From Phormidesmis sp. (GTDB taxonomy: Bacteria > Cyanobacteriota > Cyanobacteriia > Leptolyngbyales > Leptolyngbyaceae): a stretch of DNA of 64,000 nt. Where the stretch lies: contig CBDFJR010000005.1 of the NCBI GenBank assembly GCA_965248535.1, positions 896,001-960,000 of the forward strand, in the 5' to 3' direction. The notes below the pieces were generated by a model. The model made no database searches and was not told the DNA's origin. It saw only the letters and a list, made by a program, of their open reading frames with translations. The translations under genes and the position numbers were made by a program. Shown here piece after piece: positions 61,198 to 64,000 of this stretch (the stretch's first letter is position 1; each line of letters starts with the position of its first letter).

Positions 61198-61312
61198 TCA
61201 GTGAATGAGAAGCGTCAAGTTACCGGGCTAAATCCCTATCTAATCTATTCTGTCTGTATTGTAGATAACTATTTTCTGGCAGTTTAGAAAAGAGAGAAAC
61301 CTTAATGGCGCT

Positions 61313-62635
61313 TTATGCGTCAAACCGCAGAGCTTGACCGCGCACATCGGTCTGAAGTTTGCCGTGGTCATAAACGACTTGCCCCCCCACGATCGTCACC
61401 TGGGCCCAACCCGTCAGACTCCAGCCCTCAAAAGGGTTCCAGCCACATTTAGACAGCACTTCCTCTCGCAGCACCGGGTGATAATTTTCTAAATCTACCA
61501 GCACCAAATCGGCATCATAGCCCGGCGCGATCGCCCCTTTGTTGGGAATCTGATAAGCCTTAGCAACGGCACTCGACATCCAGTTTGCAACTTGGGCCAC
61601 GGTGCAGCGTCCCTGCACGGCTTGGGTCAACATCAGCGCTAGAGAGGTTTCAACTCCCGGCATCCCAGAAGGCGTGTTGGGGTAAGCCTGGGCCTTTTCT
61701 TCAAGGGTGTGGGGGGCGTGATCGGTGGCGATAAAATCGATCACTCCATCTAACAGGGCTTGCCAGAGAACATCATTATCGTGGGGCGATCGTAGCGGCG
61801 GATTCATCTGCGCCATCGTGCCGATCGTCGCGTAGGCGCTTGTGTTTAACAACAGGTGTTGAGGCGTGACTTCTGCGGTCACCCACGCGGGTTTTTCGTG
61901 CCGTAAAAGCTCGGCTTCTTCGCCCGTAGACAGGTGCAAAATGTGGAGACGACGGTGATATTTTTTAGACAGTTTTAGCGCTAATTGAGTCGCATTTAGA
62001 GCAGCTTGATTGTCTTGAATCTGGGAGTGAACGGCGGGATCGGTCTGTCCGGCAAATTGAGCGCGGCGATCGCGAATGCGAGCTTGGTCTTCAGCGTGAA
62101 CAGCAATCAAGCGATCGCCCTTGGCAAAAATTGGATCTAACGCGGTTTCTTCATCCACCAGCAAATCACCGTGCATCGATCCCATAAAAATCTTGATGCC
62201 CGGTGTTGGATTGGCTTCTAATAAGTCGGGCAAGTTTTCAGCCGTTGCGCCGATAAAAAATCCATAATTGACCAGGCATTTCTCAGAGGCACGTTTGAGT
62301 TTGTCATCTAGTGCAGATTGAGTAGTGGTCAATGGTCGCGTGTTGGGCATTTCTAAGAATGAGGTGATGCCGCCTCGCGCACAGGCACAACTTGCTGTAA
62401 ATAAGTCTTCCTTATACTCCAGTCCCGGTTCTCGAAAATGAACTTGAGGGTCAATCACGCCCGGCAACAAAGTTAATCCGGCTGCGTCAATTACCTTAGA
62501 GCGATCGTCAAGGGGCGAAAGATCTGCCCCAATCTCAACGATTTGCCCGTCTTGAATTTGCACTGCTCCCAGCATCAATTCACCACTGGGCAACAAAATT
62601 TGAGCGTTTTGAATCACCAGAGAGGGAGAAATCAT
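61313..62635 (-). CDS. Dihydroorotase-family amidohydrolase
   Basis: DPQVHFREPG, EMPNT, NPPLR and ATDHAPH motifs. Confidence 0.88.
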   Translation of the reverse strand: MISPSLVIQNAQILLPSGELMLGAVQIQDGQIVEIGADLSPLDDRSKVIDAAGLTLLPGVIDPQVHFREPGLEYKEDLFTASCACARGGITSFLEMPNTRPLTTTQSALDDKLKRASEKCLVNYGFFIGATAENLPDLLEANPTPGIKIFMGSMHGDLLVDEETALDPIFAKGDRLIAVHAEDQARIRDRRAQFAGQTDPAVHSQIQDNQAALNATQLALKLSKKYHRRLHILHLSTGEEAELLRHEKPAWVTAEVTPQHLLLNTSAYATIGTMAQMNPPLRSPHDNDVLWQALLDGVIDFIATDHAPHTLEEKAQAYPNTPSGMPGVETSLALMLTQAVQGRCTVAQVANWMSSAVAKAYQIPNKGAIAPGYDADLVLVDLENYHPVLREEVLSKCGWNPFEGWSLTGWAQVTIVGGQVVYDHGKLQTDVRGQALRFDA

Positions 62636-62818
62636 GATAAAAAATACTGATTTTGAGTGGACTGGAAGAATCTAGATTATAGGGGGATAGTAGAGGGTAG
62701 AAATGCCCCGTAAACTTTGGATCATCCCATCCGACTCGGTTCGATTTGACATTTATTGAATAAACTAGATAGGCAGCCGTTGCCCAACCTCCTGCTTTGA
62801 CTCTGCACTTAAAACCCT

Positions 62819-63412
62819 ATGACTCGCGTAGACAACCCGGCACCTGGTGACAAACCTCAGCCAAAAGATGAAAATCCCTGGCTTGAAGGACTGAAGACCA
62901 TTGGACTGAGCGCAATTTTAGCCATTGGCATTCGTCAGTTTGTGGCAGAGGCGCGCTACATTCCTTCTGGCTCAATGCTGCCGACGCTGCAAATCAACGA
63001 TCGCTTAATTGTTGACAAACTTAGCTATCGGTTTAACACGCCTCAACGGGGCGATATTGTCGTCTTTTCGCCCACCAGCACTTTAGAAAAGCAGAACTTT
63101 CACGATGCCTTTATCAAACGGGTGATTGGGCTGCCGGGCGACAAAGTAGAGGTCAAAGGTGGGCGTGTCTATGTCAACGACCAGGCTTTAAGAGAAAACT
63201 ACATTGAGGAAGACCCTCAATATCAGTGGGGCCCACAGACGGTGCCACCTGGCTCTTATTTGGTGTTGGGTGACAATCGCAACAACAGCTACGACAGCCA
63301 CTATTGGGGCTTTGTGCCTCGCGAGAAGATCATCGGCCGGGCTGTGGTGAGGTTTTGGCCGCCCAACCGTGTTGGAGAAATCACGCCAGAACCCAGCTAC
63401 AACAACAAATAA
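62819..63412 (+). CDS. lepB: Signal peptidase I
   Basis: [21 protein letters not shown] and [11 protein letters not shown] motifs. Confidence 0.95.
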   Translation: MTRVDNPAPGDKPQPKDENPWLEGLKTIGLSAILAIGIRQFVAEARYIPSGSMLPTLQINDRLIVDKLSYRFNTPQRGDIVVFSPTSTLEKQNFHDAFIKRVIGLPGDKVEVKGGRVYVNDQALRENYIEEDPQYQWGPQTVPPGSYLVLGDNRNNSYDSHYWGFVPREKIIGRAVVRFWPPNRVGEITPEPSYNNK

Positions 63413-63463
63413 ATAAAGTCGGGTTGCAGCCCATTGGTTGATCTTTCAATGTCTGATCTCTTT

Positions 63464-64000
63464 TTAGGGGCACCAAGTACGCAGGACTTGCCCGACTAGC
63501 GGCTTGCCCAGCCAAGGGGTGTTGAACGATCGTGATTTCAGACTCTGACCGTTCACCGTCCACGGCAAGTTTGGATCAAACAGGGTGAGTTCCGCAGGCT
63601 GACCTGGCGCGATCGCCGCCATTGTTTGCCCTAAACAAGCGGCAGGACTGGAACTGAGGCTACGCCATAGCTCCAAAGCTGACCACTGTTGGGTCGTGAC
63701 TAGAGTTTGCCACAGCAGGGGGAGGGCGAGTTCTAGCCCGATCGCTCCAGGGGGCGCTTCTGAGAAGGCGACGGTTTTTTCTTCATAGGTGTAGGGCGTG
63801 TGATCGATGGCGATCGCGTCAATCACCCCGTCTCGAACCGCTTGCAGGAGGGCAACTTGATCGCTTGGATTGCCTAAGGGTGGCTCTAGTCGCAGATTGG
63901 GATCGTAATGCGCGATCGCTTGGGTGTTGAGCAACAGGTGCATCCACGTCACGCTGGCCGAAATCGGTAGACCCCGTGCTTTGGCGGCTCGAATCAGTTC
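63464..64000 (-). CDS. Dihydroorotase-like protein, C-terminal part (starts beyond the window)
   Basis: PPLG, AIAIDHTP and KSRSFNTPW motifs. Confidence 0.8.
   Translation of the reverse strand, partial: ELIRAAKARGLPISASVTWMHLLLNTQAIAHYDPNLRLEPPLGNPSDQVALLQAVRDGVIDAIAIDHTPYTYEEKTVAFSEAPPGAIGLELALPLLWQTLVTTQQWSALELWRSLSSSPAACLGQTMAAIAPGQPAELTLFDPNLPWTVNGQSLKSRSFNTPWLGKPLVGQVLRTWCP

Overview
Chromosomal window from a cyanobacterium (dense HIP1 GCGATCGC sites; apcD, ndhD and the IsaR1 sRNA). Housekeeping genes (queD, queE, apcD, cysE, nrdJ, mutL, upp, tsaE, lepB, two dihydroorotase-family genes) alternate with accessory regions. Two regions stand out. (1) At ~34.8-42.8 kb is an integron-type gene-cassette array with no integrase in the window. 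It has five ~85-88 bp attC-like hairpins with matching core sites, and cassettes carrying three toxin-antitoxin pairs, a GNAT, PchB, a HEAT-repeat protein and an apparently permuted Cys/His enzyme. An ORF-less group IIC intron is inserted exactly at TTGT/T in one attC, and a 42-bp-periodic repeat array occupies the expected attI position. (2) At 1-6.3 kb is an uncharacterised operon divergent from a LuxR regulator. It encodes an HExxH metallopeptidase-like protein and a precursor-like protein with six 22-aa acidic HEAAH repeats followed by a cationic amphipathic segment. Also present: an IS1 inside a DUF5674 gene, a TnpB-only IS200/IS605 element, small modules flanked by HIP1-anchored duplications, a decayed GmrSD gene, and single-base frameshifts in ndhD and tsaE that may be sequencing errors. 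All family calls are from motif recognition, not database searches.
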